Shown here: positions 10,984-24,004 of the stretch, piece after piece
Layout of the letters: each line of letters begins with the position of its first letter
Numbering within the stretch: position 1 is the first letter of the stretch
Assembly (NCBI GenBank): GCA_965153285.1
Contig: OZ229115.1
Direction: 5' to 3' (one strand)
DNA from: Podarcis tiliguerta
Taxonomy: Eukaryota
Length of the DNA: 64,000 nucleotides
Notes under the pieces: model-generated
Database searches by the model: none
The model's input: the letters and a program-made list of their open reading frames with translations, nothing else
Told to the model about the DNA's origin: nothing
Program-made: the position numbers and the translations under genes

Positions 10984-13900
10984 ATATATATTGAGGAGGT
11001 GTTGATGTTGTGCAGGTCAGTCAAGTCCTTCAGAATAGTGCTTGATGGTGGCTCTTTGATATCATTTCTGGAATGACTTCATACCTCTTTTATAGTATTT
11101 TATCAATCCAAGTGCATTGCAAACCACCCAGGAGCCGCATGCCCAAAGTGGGTGGGACCCAAGTTAAAAGTGGGTGGAGTTATACACACAATATGTGCGT
11201 GCATGCATGCACACACACACACAAACTTATATAGACAAACCACGCATATTGCACAAATGCAGTTACCATAAATATGGTGTGTCCACACATCATAGTTCTC
11301 TTTAAAGAATGTGAAAGAAGAACTCATGAGAAATATCTCCTAATTATGAATTTTGTGTCAAATAGAACAAAATCACTCTTACTGAGATTTGAACAATTCC
11401 TGGTCAACAGTATCTGTTTGCATAAGAAGTGAAGTTTTCACAGTTAAGCACAGAGCAGTGGCTTCTCCGCTTTTATGGAACTGCCTCCCAATGAAGATTT
11501 ATCAGGCCTAAACTGTCATTTTTTAGGTGCTCAGTGAAAACACCAAGCCTTTTATGGTCCTTGAACTTGCCGTTTTATCTCTTTGTTGCTACTAGCAGCT
11601 TTAAACTTTGTAGCTTCCAATTGTGCTTGATTAATTGGCTTGTTTTATTTCTTTATATTTATTGATGCCCTGTTTCTCAAGGAAGGCAGCCTTCCCAAAG
11701 CAACTTGCAATATAACCTAATCTAGTATAAAAGCTAGTATAAATAAATTGTAAAGCAATTTTCAAATCATTTTAAAAACAATTCCTTGGTACTTCCAGAT
11801 TTCATGGCTGAGAGAGACTGGCCGTGGCAACCTTGAAATTAGTAAGTGTGCGGATATGTGATTGCTTTTGAACGTTTAAAATGTGTTTTGTTTTTATGTT
11901 AAACTAGCAGGGAGTGCCCAGTGCTTCCTGGTTATTTGTAGACATGCACAGTTTGCAAAGCTCCCAGAGCAGTCAGTGAGGATTTGTTAAGGAAGTGGGA
12001 TGAGCTGTCTAGCCTTGGGAAATACAGCCCTTTCCAATGATCTAGGACTTGGAAAATGTTAGCAGGAACCATGCACAGCCTAGTCCCCGACTGGTCTATG
12101 CACTAATCCCGGGTAGTTCAACATGCAGGACTTTTTGGTGGCCCTCTGCACCATTTGACATCACCCCCGCTTTCACACTGCCTTCCAAAGCTGCATAAGC
12201 AAAGCACTGGGCTTTGGGAAGGAGTAGTGAGGGCTCTGGTAGGGTCCTAGAGGCTTCCTCCCTCCTTCCCAAATTCTAGTTAGTGCTTTCCCAGCTTTCA
12301 GAAGGAGGTAGGAAGGCTCTAGGATCCTGCCAGAGCCTCACACCTACTTCCTAGCTTAGCTGGCTTTGGAAAGGCAGTATGAGGGCTGGTGTTTGGGTGG
12401 GTGGGTGTGGGTGTGGGTGTCAGATTTTGGCCTCACTCCCTGCTGCCCCTGTGCAGCCCCCCCCCCACACCACATGACATGACAATGTGTGGTCCACAGG
12501 TTCCATGTCAAAGTACTCTTGTGGCCCACTGCACTAATCCAAGCACTTTGGCAGGATGAGGTCCATGTACTGTTCCTCAGGGAAAGGTAGCCCCATGTTG
12601 AACACAATGCTCTTGAGTTTCCGCCTGATCATGGCCACCTATGAAATCTTAACTGTATTGGTGCTTTACGGCATTTGTTGTTGTTGTTGTAATCTGCTTT
12701 GAGGGCCATTTGAGGTGGAAAGACGGCGTATTGATCTATCTAGCATCACATTTGTGGCATTCCACAAGTTTGGTATGCTGATTTCAACACTGTGCTCAGT
12801 CCCTTCTTGCATAAATGGTAGCCAGCAAGCAAATCTAAGTAACAGAAATGGTAGACAAAAATCTTGGCTTTACACATTGACCGCATGCATAACTACACAC
12901 CGACTGCTTCTAACTCTGCAATTCTATGATTCTATGTACTTGAACAATGATGATTGCCCTCATGTGTAGTTTTCTCAGGTCCATGACCATTACTTGTGCA
13001 ACTGAGTACTGGGTACGTTTTGCTACAACCTTCCCCATAATCACTTGTCAAGATTAGACCAATGAAGAAACAGCTATACCATATGAAAAAGCAAATAAGT
13101 ATAGGACTAGCCTAACTGCTTGCCTTCAGACAGGTGCCTAAAGCTTCTCATAACAAGAGAGATAGCACAAAAAAACCAGGAAGTGACAGGAAGTGAAACA
13201 GGAAGTAGATACATTGGAAATCTTCTACTCAGTCCTACAGAGTTGTGGTGTGGAATAGGATGTCAAATTGTAATATGCAATCAACGTTCGTTATGAGCCA
13301 ACAAACCTCCTATGAGAATAATTAGCTGGTAGACAATTTACTCCCTGCCAAAGTCTTCCTGTGGGCTAACAGCTCTGATTAGCTCCTCATCACACGATGG
13401 ATTTGCACCTGGCAGATGGCTAATATCTCATTGGTGCAAGATTATGAAAATTATTGCAAACATTTTTTGTAAATAATTTGCAAATTTTAAATGAAAATCA
13501 CATCTAGTTAGCATATCAAAGTTCATTTTAATTAAGAAGATTTGAACGGCAGCTAAAACAAATAAGCAAATGAGCAAATCCTTTCTCCCCCTCCCCCGGC
13601 AAAGAAAATGGCACCAAGTTAAAATGCTCCTTGAGAAAAAGATGCCCCTATTTGAATTCTCTGTTTGTAAGCAAACACATTGATTAGACAAAATGAACAT
13701 TGTCCCTTAAGGCATTTTCCTCATGCATGTTAACAATGTAAAAGTTTAAAGGGCAGAAAACTTGGCAAATAGAGGAAGAGAAGGAGGAAAAGGAGAAAAA
13801 GAAACACTGATGTTAACTCTGCTGAGGTGTAAACCTATTAATGGATAAAAAAGCAAGTGTTCAGTCACCCTAAGGGCCATCCTTTCAGGTGCTCCCTGGG

Positions 13901-16900
13901 GCTTTCTTATTCTGACACTCTTGCTGTTCAACGTGTCTCTCCCCAGAGAGATAATGAAACACACCAGATTAACATATCATCAGTGTGGTTTCAGCAAGGT
14001 AAAGCTGTGCCACAGTCTCACACAGTTCATTTGGGGCAATGATGAACATGATGCATACCTGCTTGCACCATTGGCCTTTCTAGCCCCGAACTGAAAGTTA
14101 GGAGGGATCTCAAAGGTCTTTTAATCCAACCCCCTGACCCTGCCAGTGCAGGAAATCCATCACAGCATCTCTGAGCGGTGGCGACTCTGTTTCATCTCTC
14201 TCTCTCTCTGTACCTGCTCTGAAAGGTAGGTGGCTAATCTGTTGTCTACTCTTACTGGCAGCAATTGTCAGATTTTATAGCATTTGATGACTGGGAGTCA
14301 CTGTTCTTGGCAGCTCTTGAGATCTTGGTTGACACATCAGGTCACCCTGCCCTGAGTTGATCTGGGGACTACCACCCTGCCCTAGATCCAACCCCCTGAA
14401 TAAATTTGGGGGCAGCAATAATGTTTAATTGGGGTTTTAAAATGTTAATCAAACATATAGCTAGGAACTGAGACCAGAGGTCCATTCCCAATCCCAGCCA
14501 AGACCAAGGGTGCTGAGATGCCTCCTCCTTCTCCCTCATATCAATGCCGCTGTTCAGCAGAGGGGTCAGTCCTCTGGATGTGGTCACACATCCACAGGAT
14601 GTGGATGATGCTCCATGAGCAGAGGGATCTATCCTGTGTGGGTGATGGGGGTTAATCCTGAGTAGGTGATGCTCCTAAAGCAAAATCATCTGTGGACCAT
14701 CACCAGCATCCCTGTAGGATCAATTCCTCCAATGAACAGCTCTTGAGTGGAGAGGGTAAATGCTGGAGAAGGAGGCTTTAGGCAGGCTGGGAGTTGGCCC
14801 TTCCGCTTCCTAGAAGATGCATGAAACAATCAGAGATAGGTCTTGGGCTGTCTGAACCCATGGCTATCTGAACCCAACTCACTGAACACCCTAGTCACTC
14901 TGAATAGGCCTGATTTGGGTTGACACTCAGCCAAATCTGGTGCACAGCCGTAATAATGTGAGTTTGTTACCCTGGGCACCTTTGGAAGGAAGAGAGGAAT
15001 ATGAATTGAAAAAAAGAAACAAAACAGCTAATTCTCCTCTGCCAATACCCACCTTTCCTGTTTTCATCATTCTCCCAATTTGGGGGGGGGGGAAGAGCCT
15101 CAGATGCAACGGGGTACTTGGCAGGCACAGCAGGACCAAAGCATCCCTTCCTACTGCCAATTCTTTCTTTCCCACACATTTGGGTTGGTTTGTGACCAGG
15201 CATTTGCTGAATTAACGAGCAAAGGAAAAATACTACAAAGGAAAGCAGAGGATGCATTAACTTGACCTGCTGCATGGGATCCATGTTAGCTCTGAAACCT
15301 CAGGTGAGGGATGACATTGTCTTAGCTCAGATAATGAAAATGACAAATAGACTCAGTTCTCTTGACAGAGCTTCCCACTATTTATTTATGAAGCAGATTT
15401 TGGGCTTGCGAAGCAAGGCGACATTTTAAGCCTTTGAGCATACATTGCTTGTTCCAGTTCCTCTCTTAATAGCAGCAAGTCTTGGCGCTGAGTTTAAAAC
15501 TAAGTTACACTGTGGTGGGATGTTCTCCAGATCTAAATCAACATGCCAAGGAGATGTGTGTGAGCTTCTGCGTGTCTAGTTTGTTTAAACCAGTGCTATG
15601 CAAAAACAATGTACCCTGTGTTTTGTTTCATTTTTAACCATTCATCACCAACTAACAAGAAAAGAAATGACATTCAAAAATTATCAAGGAGGAGAGAAAA
15701 TTTCAGTGAAATATTCAGGAATGAGATCCAGGGGTTTTGTCATGCTTACTTTACTCTTGTGATGGCCAAGGGGTATTTCTGGGCGTCCTTGCTTTTATTC
15801 TAAAAGTATCTCTGCAGCCTTCCTGTCTTCCCACACTTCAATTAAATCCCATGGGAAGACATCATGAAGCCACTCTGCCCACGGCACTCTCCCCTGACAG
15901 AGGCCTTCCCAAGTTTCTCCCACCCTCTGGAGAAGCTGAGTTTCTTGTGTCCTCTCCTTGCTTCCTAGCCGGCCTGCTTCAGATTAGCCTGGTTCTTCTA
16001 AATGTGTCTGCTCTGCACAAATCCTAGGAGACCTTGCGTGGCCTTGCTTCCTATTTTCCAGGGAGTAATCCGGAGCCGCACTTTAATTGCAAATGTATAT
16101 CACCTCTTCCTAAGAGCAGCACTTTCTCAGCCCGCAGCAGATTTATTTGCGTTGTTCTTCTGTTTAATAGAGACAAAAGAGGGGTTGCAGTCTGCTTGTT
16201 AAAAGAAAGAACCGTACAAGGAAATACAAGGACACAGAGAGCAGCCAGTGTCAGTCCATCAGGAGGACTGTTCAGATTAAATAGCTGCATCTTCAAGTAC
16301 CAATGCTGACTCTGAGCCAAGTTTTTAGCTGAAAGAAAAGCAAATTGATGCCTGGCTTGCAGTGGCCTAAAAATAAAATACTTTTATACAGGTCTTCCTT
16401 CTTTCCTTTTCTTTGAAAGGGGGACACCGGTGCTCCTGTAACACTTTAGCTGTAATGGATGCAGACATCTTCCTTCCAGATCATGCCAACTTTGCTGTGC
16501 ACTCCGCCATGATTAAATGTTGGTCAGTAATGGCAGCAATCCATTCCCTCCACCCATCCAGCCCTACTTGCCATTAAGCTGTTCTATACACCATGCAGCC
16601 TGGCTGGCTCTGAGCTTCATGCAGGCTAGGAAGGTGACTTACATTAAGTCAAACTATTGGCCCATCTGGTTCGGGATGATCAACACCAGAAGTGCAGAGC
16701 CTTTTCCAGCCCACTTTCACATCTCCCAGTTTCTCATTTTTCCAATATGAAATCTAGTTCTTGTTACAGCAGTTTGCAATTATTATCATTTAATAAAAAT
16801 CCTCATGAAGCTTCTTCACCATTTTAGTGTGCATTTTTCCTAATAAATACCTTTTCTGTGTGTGCATATGTTTTTTTTTGCAAGCGATGCCTCCTAATAT

Positions 16901-18429
16901 AATACATGTTTGTATGTTGTTTTCACTCATGCGTTCATTTGTATACACTTTTTAAAAATTACCTAATATATGCATTTTTGTAAACACTGGAGAACCATCA
17001 CAAAATCCTGACAGCTCTGAATTTCAAAGGGCGGCTGCATATTTGTTCTCATATTGTTTCGGAAGGGACAAATGATTGATTCACCTTTAAACACCAACTG
17101 GTTTGAATTTCTCCCCCATCCCTGGTACAAGGCTGTGTTCTGTCCGGGGCGTTTTTCCAGGGCCTAAAAGCCAGAGATGGAGGGAAGAGGAAGATGTAAT
17201 AGCTGCTTTCTATACACACTCACAGATTCCTCTCTTTCCTCCAATGAAACAAGCAAGAGGCATCATGCGAGCTCAAGGTCATATCCCAACCAGGCAAAAA
17301 CCCTCAAGGAGGGTGAAGGGTGTGGCCTGGGAGTCCCACAAGGGCCAAATAAAGAGGTCTGGAGGGCTGCATTCAACTACCAGGCCTGGGGTGCCCCATC
17401 CCTATTCTACACTGACAGACAGCAGCTCTCCAAGGTATTAAGCAGCAGCCTTTCCCAGCCTTCCTTGGAGATGCCAAAAAATGATCCTGGGACCTTCTGC
17501 ATGTTCTGTGACCCAGAGCTATGGCCCTCAGGGATGTGACCAGCTGGTGCAACACTGCGGCTCCCACTGCAGTCAGTAAACAAATGGGGACTCCTGTAAA
17601 ATGGAGATGCGACTCTGTGCCATCTCTTACAGGGCTGTTGCGAGGTCTAATGAGATAACGCATTATGATATGGTGGCCTTGGGAAAAGAGCAGTAGAAAT
17701 CCTAAGTAATAATATAAGTGGAGGCAGGATTAGCATTAGTCAGGAAAAAGCCAAAGGGAAAGTATCAGGGTTGCTCTTTAGAGCTGAATAGACCAGGAGG
17801 CACACAATGCGTTTGCATTTGCGAGTCTATGAGCTTCCTAATTGGGTTTGTGCCCCTGTATTGTCGCCAGAGACAACAGCATCATCTTAGCAGGCAGTGA
17901 TGAATGGGAATGATCTGTGCTGCCAGCCAGCGCTTTCATTTGCTTCAGCAAAGTGCCGAATGGAAGATGGCAAAGAAGTTAATGCTGATGGAGAGGCAGG
18001 GTGTGGGAACAAACATATTGTTTGCTGGCGCCATGGGAGGGGAGGCGGTCTCTCCCCTGCTTGCTTATTAAGTAAAAGCTTCACCTCCAATTTGAATAGC
18101 ATTAAATTCTGAGCCACATAAAGGGGCAATCTGTACATTTGAATCAAGAGGACCCCAGTCCACGCTCTAATCAAATGCATTTTTCTTTCTTTTGCAAGCA
18201 GGTGTAGAAATCAAGTTATGGCAAGTGGTAAAGAACAATCAGGTTAACACAAGTAATAAACTTGATACCAAGATGAAGGGCAAAATTAAAGCCCATTAAA
18301 TGTGACATAGAATATAGAGGTATATTATATATAAAACCAAAGGGAGCATAGATTTATAGGCTGCCTAACACAAGGGCGCACAGTGAGTTACATATACATT
18401 CATATATTAAATGCTATGCTTTAAGTATA

Positions 18430-18602
18430 CCCAGAAGGAAAACCAGTATTGGTTCATCTAGTTCAGTATTGTCTGCTCTACAGGCAGTGACACTCCAGGG
18501 TTTGGGGCAAGTGACATTCGCAGCCCTACACGGAGACACCAAGAACTGAACCTGGGACCTTCTGAGTGGAAGACAGATGCTCTACCACTGCACTACGGGT
18601 CC
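18430..18602 (-). mobile_element. Squam3-like tRNA SINE, degenerate
   Basis: Reverse-strand similarity to 35688-35874 (catctagttcagtattgtct...gaacctgggaccttctg...gatgctctaccactg). Confidence 0.6.
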
Positions 18603-19505
18603 TTCACATACCACAATATCTCCGCCACTTACTTCCATTCTGCTTTCCTTTATGCTCAGTCCACTCCATCTCCAGTGACAAGCAGAGCCAATTAATTTTA
18701 CCATTGTCCCCATGCTCCTCTCTGTGGTGTTCAACAATGGCAGTGCTGAGACTGAGGAGGAGGAAGCAGATGGGTGATGCTGCCATCTGGGCTGTGTGTG
18801 AGAATGAAGGCTGGTGGGAGGCTGGCTAAAGGCAAAACTGTGGTTGGTGGGGCAATGCCCTATGATCCCTAATGGATCAGCCTGTGTGATTTGTTTTGGA
18901 GTTGGAAAGCTTTTTGTATGAAACAGCACTACTCTCTCATTAGGTATGAAGGACAAGCCTGTTCATCACCACCCCTGCCATCCCACCATGCATTCATATA
19001 ACATATGAAAAGGGCTTTTTAAAGAACTGTTCCTGGGGCCCCATGTCCAAGTGAAACTATATTCTCAGCTTCTGTAGCAGCTGTGATTAGTTTCCAGAAA
19101 GAGGTTTAATCTGGCAGTTCTCTGGTTTGGTGTCCCATGCAAACTGCTGCTATCTCATTATTGCAATATAATGAGATGGTTCTGGGCTGCTTTCCCCAAT
19201 ATGGTCATCCCTCTACTGGACTGATTTCCACAGCCTTGGCTGACCTGGCTCAGCTCTTGCTGCCTTTTGATCATCTCACATGGGTAACTTGCATGCTGCA
19301 TTTCCACAGCTTCAGGTTTATCAGTGTTGTGGGGAAGGAGGGAATGGGAAAAGAAAATCCAGCCATCTTCTTCAACTCCAGGCCATACCTGATATCATTG
19401 TTCTGCTCAGCCAAAAGGATGAAGCAGCTTCTGGAATGTGTTACAGGGACAGAGGGCTGGTAGCCGAGGCATCTTCTGCCTCTGGGTTAATGTCAAAAGT
19501 CACTA

Positions 19506-19812
19506 TTTAAAAAAAAAAAATTAATCAATTTTTCGATACAAACATCAACCGCAACAAAAACCATAATAACAGTAATAACACAATTTGACAATTCAGATTT
19601 GGATACACTGATATACCTATGGCTACACCTTTTTTAACAATATTTTCCCATCTCGCTCTCCTCCTTCTACTTCCCACCACTATCCACCTTATAACTTAAA
19701 TGTTTATTCCAGATTTCTTCATATTTATCCATTCATATTTTGCATCGACATGCAATGTGCTCTTATGTAGCTAATCTGTCTGTATTATCAATCCATGTGC
19801 TCAATGGAATCT
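19506..19812 (-). mobile_element. Retroposed 307-bp insertion (probably a 5'-truncated L1/Tx1-type 3' end)
   Basis: Perfect 16-bp TSD ATGTCAAAAGTCACTA (19490-19505, 19813-19828); homopolymer run at the left junction. Confidence 0.7.
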
Positions 19813-20789
19813 ATGTCAAAAGTCACTAGTGTCTGTTCACCAGTCTGGTGCCCTCCGACAATTGGGGAGGGGGGCTGGTGAGAGCTGTGGTTCAAAAGAG
19901 CAGGGTAGCAACAGGTTGGGGAAGCTGCTCAGCTGTGAAGTCAACCCACCAAGGTCTAAAACAGAGATCACCTTCTGCAGCTCTGCTACGTAAGATCATT
20001 TAACTAAATAGAGCTCCTTCTTCAAATGAACCTGGAACCTCCTGCCTACAGAGCATGTTTTCTACCACGGAGCTAAGTTCTCTCCCCTGTGTATGTGTAC
20101 AAAGCTGAGGAAAGAAGATGCATTTCAATTTTCTTACAGTGATCTTACTAATTAGCCCCATGCAATTTAGCACAGGCTTGCTTTTATCTTTTGCAGGCTT
20201 TCTGAAGTGAGAGTTTGATCCAACACCCGTTTCTTCCGTGGCACAGAATTTTACTGCCCAAAAAACTGACGAAAAACAAAACAAAACCTCCAACCCAACA
20301 CTAGCAGCAAGGGAAGTTGCATTTTTCATCACATCAATTCCATTTCAAAGCATTTTCCAGTACCAGCTAATCCCCATAGTGATGCCTTGGTTGTCAATAA
20401 CTTCTCAGCAGGAACCTGGCTGTGTAATTCAGGAACAAATTCCTTGGGCTATCTATCTTCCAGGGGCATAAGAGAAGCAGTGTGAGCTTGAATTACAGAA
20501 TCCCTGGTTCTCCCCTTCACAGAACAGGAGGGGGGAAACTTCTTGTGCTCCAGGAGGAAGCAAATGGCACAGCTGTAAAGTGGGCATAACATACAGGTTC
20601 TGGCAATGGTTCCAGGTCAGGACTGTTAAGCACAATCAGAAGGGCAGAGAGTTTCCTTTTCCCTCAGGGATGGGGTGGTAAACACATGGTTGTCCAGTCT
20701 CAGTCAGTATGGCCAGTGGTGAGGGATGATGGGAGTTGTAGTCTTACAACATCAACAGACCTACAGGTTAAGTCACACTTGCGCTAGGG

Positions 20790-20893
20790 CAGGGATGAGG
20801 AACCTCTGCTTCTCCAACCAGTAGATAAATGACAAGGAATTATGGGAGTTGTAGGCCAACAACATCCAGAAGGCCAGAGGTTCCCCATTCCTG
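20790..20893. mobile_element. URR1-like hAT MITE
   Basis: CAGGGATGAGGAACCT...AGGTTCCCCATTCCTG imperfect TIRs; gggagttgtag core; a similar copy at about 20665-20780. Confidence 0.55.
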
Positions 20894-21204
20894 CTCTAAG
20901 ACATCTCTACCCTGAAATTCAGAAGCTCCAGTTCATTACGGCACAATAATTAACAGCCTATAGACATTAAGTCCTGGACTGCTAATAACTGATGCCTTGA
21001 TTTGGTACAAATGAGAAATACAGAAGCAGCTGTATTTCAACGGAACTCTACAAAAACTCAGCGGAGAACTTTAAATCTGGGTGATGACAGATTTAAGATT
21101 TTAAATGAGGAGGTAGTTTGAAAGCACCATTCCTGCTCTGAAAACATGTATACATTTTTCTGTCTGGGGGAAAAAGTGGTTCTGCAAGTTCCCAGTATGC
21201 TGGG

Positions 21205-21345
21205 GGAAGTGTTGGGAAGCTTATGAAAGGTCCCAGGTTCAAATGGCAGCATCTCTGGGTAGCACCTGTCTGAAACACTTCAGAGTCTCTGTCAGTCAAT
21301 GTAAACAATACTGAAAGAGATGGACATAAGGCAGCTTCCTATGTG
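21205..21345 (+). mobile_element. Squam3-like SINE, degenerate
   Basis: aaggtcccaggttcaaa...cagtcaatgtaaacaatactga...taaggcagcttcctatgt. Confidence 0.6.
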
Positions 21346-21537
21346 GAAAATCTTTTTCCTTGAATGTGTAGGGGAGTGCATTTTGAACTCTGTCCCTTGG
21401 TTTCCTAAGGGCAGAGACTGCTTTAAAAAAGAGGGGGGAGGGAGTATTCAAACACACAACACATATCAATTGGGGTCAGGTATTTGGAACACATAATAGC
21501 TATTCTGTACCACGAGAAGAGATGTAGCTCAATGGTA

Positions 21538-22133
21538 GGTAAAGGTAAAGGACTCCTGGACGGTAAAGTCCAGTCAAAGGTGACTATGGGGTTGCGGAGC
21601 TCATCTTGCTTTCAGGCCAAGGGAGTCGGCGTTTCTTCACAGACAGCTTTCCATGTCATGTGGCCAACATACTAAACCACTTCTGGCACAATAGAACACC
21701 GTGATGGAAACCAGAGCACACGGAAATGTCGTTTACCTTCCCAACACAGCAGTACCTACAGTGGTACCTCAGGTTAAGTACTTAATTCGTTCCGGAGGTC
21801 TGTACTTAACCTGAAACTGTTCTTAACCTGAAGCACCACTTTAGCTAGTGGGGCCTCCTGCTGCCGCCACGCGATTTCTGTTCTCATCCTGAAGCAAAGT
21901 TCTTAACCTGAAGCACTATTTCTGGGTTAGCGGAGTCTGTAACCTGAAGCATATGTAACCTGAGGTACCACTGTATTTATCTATTGCATTGGTGTGCTTT
22001 CGAACTGCTAGGTTGGCAGGAGCTGGGACAGAGCAACGGGAGCTCACCCCATCACAGGGATTCAAATCACCAACCTTCTGTTTGGCAAGCCCAAGAGGCT
22101 CAGTGGTTTAGACCTCAGTGCCACCAGCGTCTT
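21538..22133 (-). mobile_element. Sauria SINE interrupted by a mariner/pogo-type MITE
   Basis: (GGTAAA)n tail at left; 13-bp TSD TAGCTCA(A/G)TGGTA (21525-21537, 22134-22146). Confidence 0.9.
21759..21973. mobile_element. Tc1/mariner (Tigger/pogo-like) MITE, 215 bp
   Basis: 18-bp TIR CAGTGGTACCTCAGGTTA; TA TSD; removal restores the SINE sequence gtaccTAtttatct. Confidence 0.92.
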
Positions 22134-23129
22134 TAGCTCAGTGGTAGAACAGTTTCATTGCACACAGAAAGTCCCAGATTCTGTCCCTGGAATCTCCAGG
22201 TAGAGATGGGAGGGGTTCCCTGCCTGAAACCCTATGGAGCCACTGCCAGTCAGTGTAGACAAAACTGAACTAGATGGACCGATATTTTGCCTGACTTTTC
22301 CTTTGTTTTGCCTGACCAAAGGTGGCAACACTATGTTTTGGTTTTATTTTTAACTGCTATTATCTCATTCGCCCTTTTTGTTCCACTGCTTGCTCTCTTT
22401 CATGTACTTCTACAGCAGCTCCAATGAGATGCAGCAGACACAAAACTAACTCTTCATCAGTGCCTGAATTAAATCTGCTGCAGTGTTCTTGTTTGCTTTC
22501 ATTTATTAAATGTTTTTATATCCTGCCCTTCCTCCATTCTGAAGCACAGGGTAATTTCAGATAACTAATCATTTAAACACCTGTTTATAACGAGGCAGGC
22601 AGTTGACAACTTTTCCTCTTATCTTCTGGAGCAGTTCTCCAGCCCTCTCCCTCCATGGTGTTCTTCCTCCAGCAGACTTTATAATAATTTAGGAAGCTGA
22701 CACACAATCCAAACTTTTCTTCTGGATAATTAGCGAATCAAATGGCCGAAAGACGAAGGTAATTTTCATCCTCCTTGGAGACTTCTTTGCAACAGACATT
22801 TTATTGCATGCACAGCTCCAGTCATTACCCAGATGAGCTCTAAAATACCTGAGACAATAACAGACTCGTTGACTTGTAACAGTCTGTCAGTTACCTATAA
22901 TAAGCCCCTCTGAAGTCGAGTTAAATCCCTGTGCATGAAAATGTTTGCTGATTGTGTTTGTGAATTACAGACTTCTTCCCTGAGTCTGGTCACATGTTCT
23001 ACAAAGCTAGGCAGATAAGAAGAGCTTGGCTGGATGAGGCCAATGGCCCATCTAGTCCAGCATCCTGTTATCACACTGGCCAAGCAGATGCCATCATCAT
23101 CATCATCATCATTATTATTATTATTATTA

Positions 23130-23820
23130 TTATTCCCATTTATATACTGCCCTTTATCAAAAGATCCCAGGTAATAAAAAAGCATCATAATAGACAGTAT
23201 CATAATAAAATAATCATAACAACAGTCTCCCCACCCACAGCATTAACAGGCCATAGTTTATTTCATGGCCAAAGGTCTGAGTAAAGAGGAATGTTTTTGC
23301 CTGTTGCTTATCCTCTAATGGGACGCGGGTGGCGCTGTGGGTTAAAGCCTCAGTGCCTAGGGCTTGCTGATCGAAAGGTCGGCGGTTCGAATCCCCGCGG
23401 CGGGGTGCGCTCCCGTTGTTCGGTCCCAGCGCCTGCCAACCTAGCAGTTCGAAAGCACCCCCGGGTGCAAGTAGATAAATAGGGACCGCTTACTAGCGGG
23501 AAGGTAAACGGCGTTTCCGTGTGCGGCTCTGGCTCGCCAGAGCAGCGATGTCACGGTGGCCACGTGACCTGGAAGTGTCTTCGGACAGCGCTGGCCCTTG
23601 GCCTCTTTGAGTGAGATGGGCGCACAACCCTAGAGTCTGTCAAGACTGGCCCGTACGGGCAGGGGTACCTTTACCTTTACCTATCCCCTAATGATGATGC
23701 CGGCAAGCCACTCTGGGGAGAGCGTTCCACAGATAGGGAGCCATCACAGAAAAGGTTTGTTCTCATCTTGTCACCCTCTGAACCTCTCAGGGATGGGGAA
23801 CATAGAGAAGGGCCTCAGAG
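23130..23820 (-). mobile_element. L2 LINE 3' fragment interrupted by a Sauria SINE
   Basis: Collinear with 36945-37320; (ATT)n/(ATC)n tail at 23092-23133. Confidence 0.65.
23320..23681 (+). mobile_element. Full-length, young Sauria SINE
   Basis: GGGACGCGGGTGGCGCTGTGG head, GGTTCGAATCC B box, (ACCTTT)n tail; 11-bp TSD TATCC(T/C)CTAAT; CpGs retained. Confidence 0.93.
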
Positions 23821-23821
23821 T

Positions 23822-24004
23822 ACGTGCGCTCTGGCTTCCATCACGGTATCCTGTTGCACCAGAAGCAGTTTAGTCATGCTGGCCACATGATCCAGAAAGC
23901 TGTCTGTGGACAAACACCAGCTCCCTCGGCCTGAAGTGAGATGAGCGCTGCAACCCCATAGTCACCTTTAACTGTCCAGGGGTCCTTTACCTTTTTTTTT
24001 ACCT
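23822..24004 (+). mobile_element. Sauria SINE 3' fragment
   Basis: ttagtcatgctggccacatga...caggggtcctttacct. Confidence 0.75.

Larger units (their letters stand above)
21518..22295 (+). mobile_element. Squam3-like SINE acting as host of nested insertions
   Basis: Head gatgtagctcaatggta at 21521-21537; body resumes at 22134 (tagctcagtggtagaac...ccagtcagtgtagac...tagatggacc). Confidence 0.75.
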
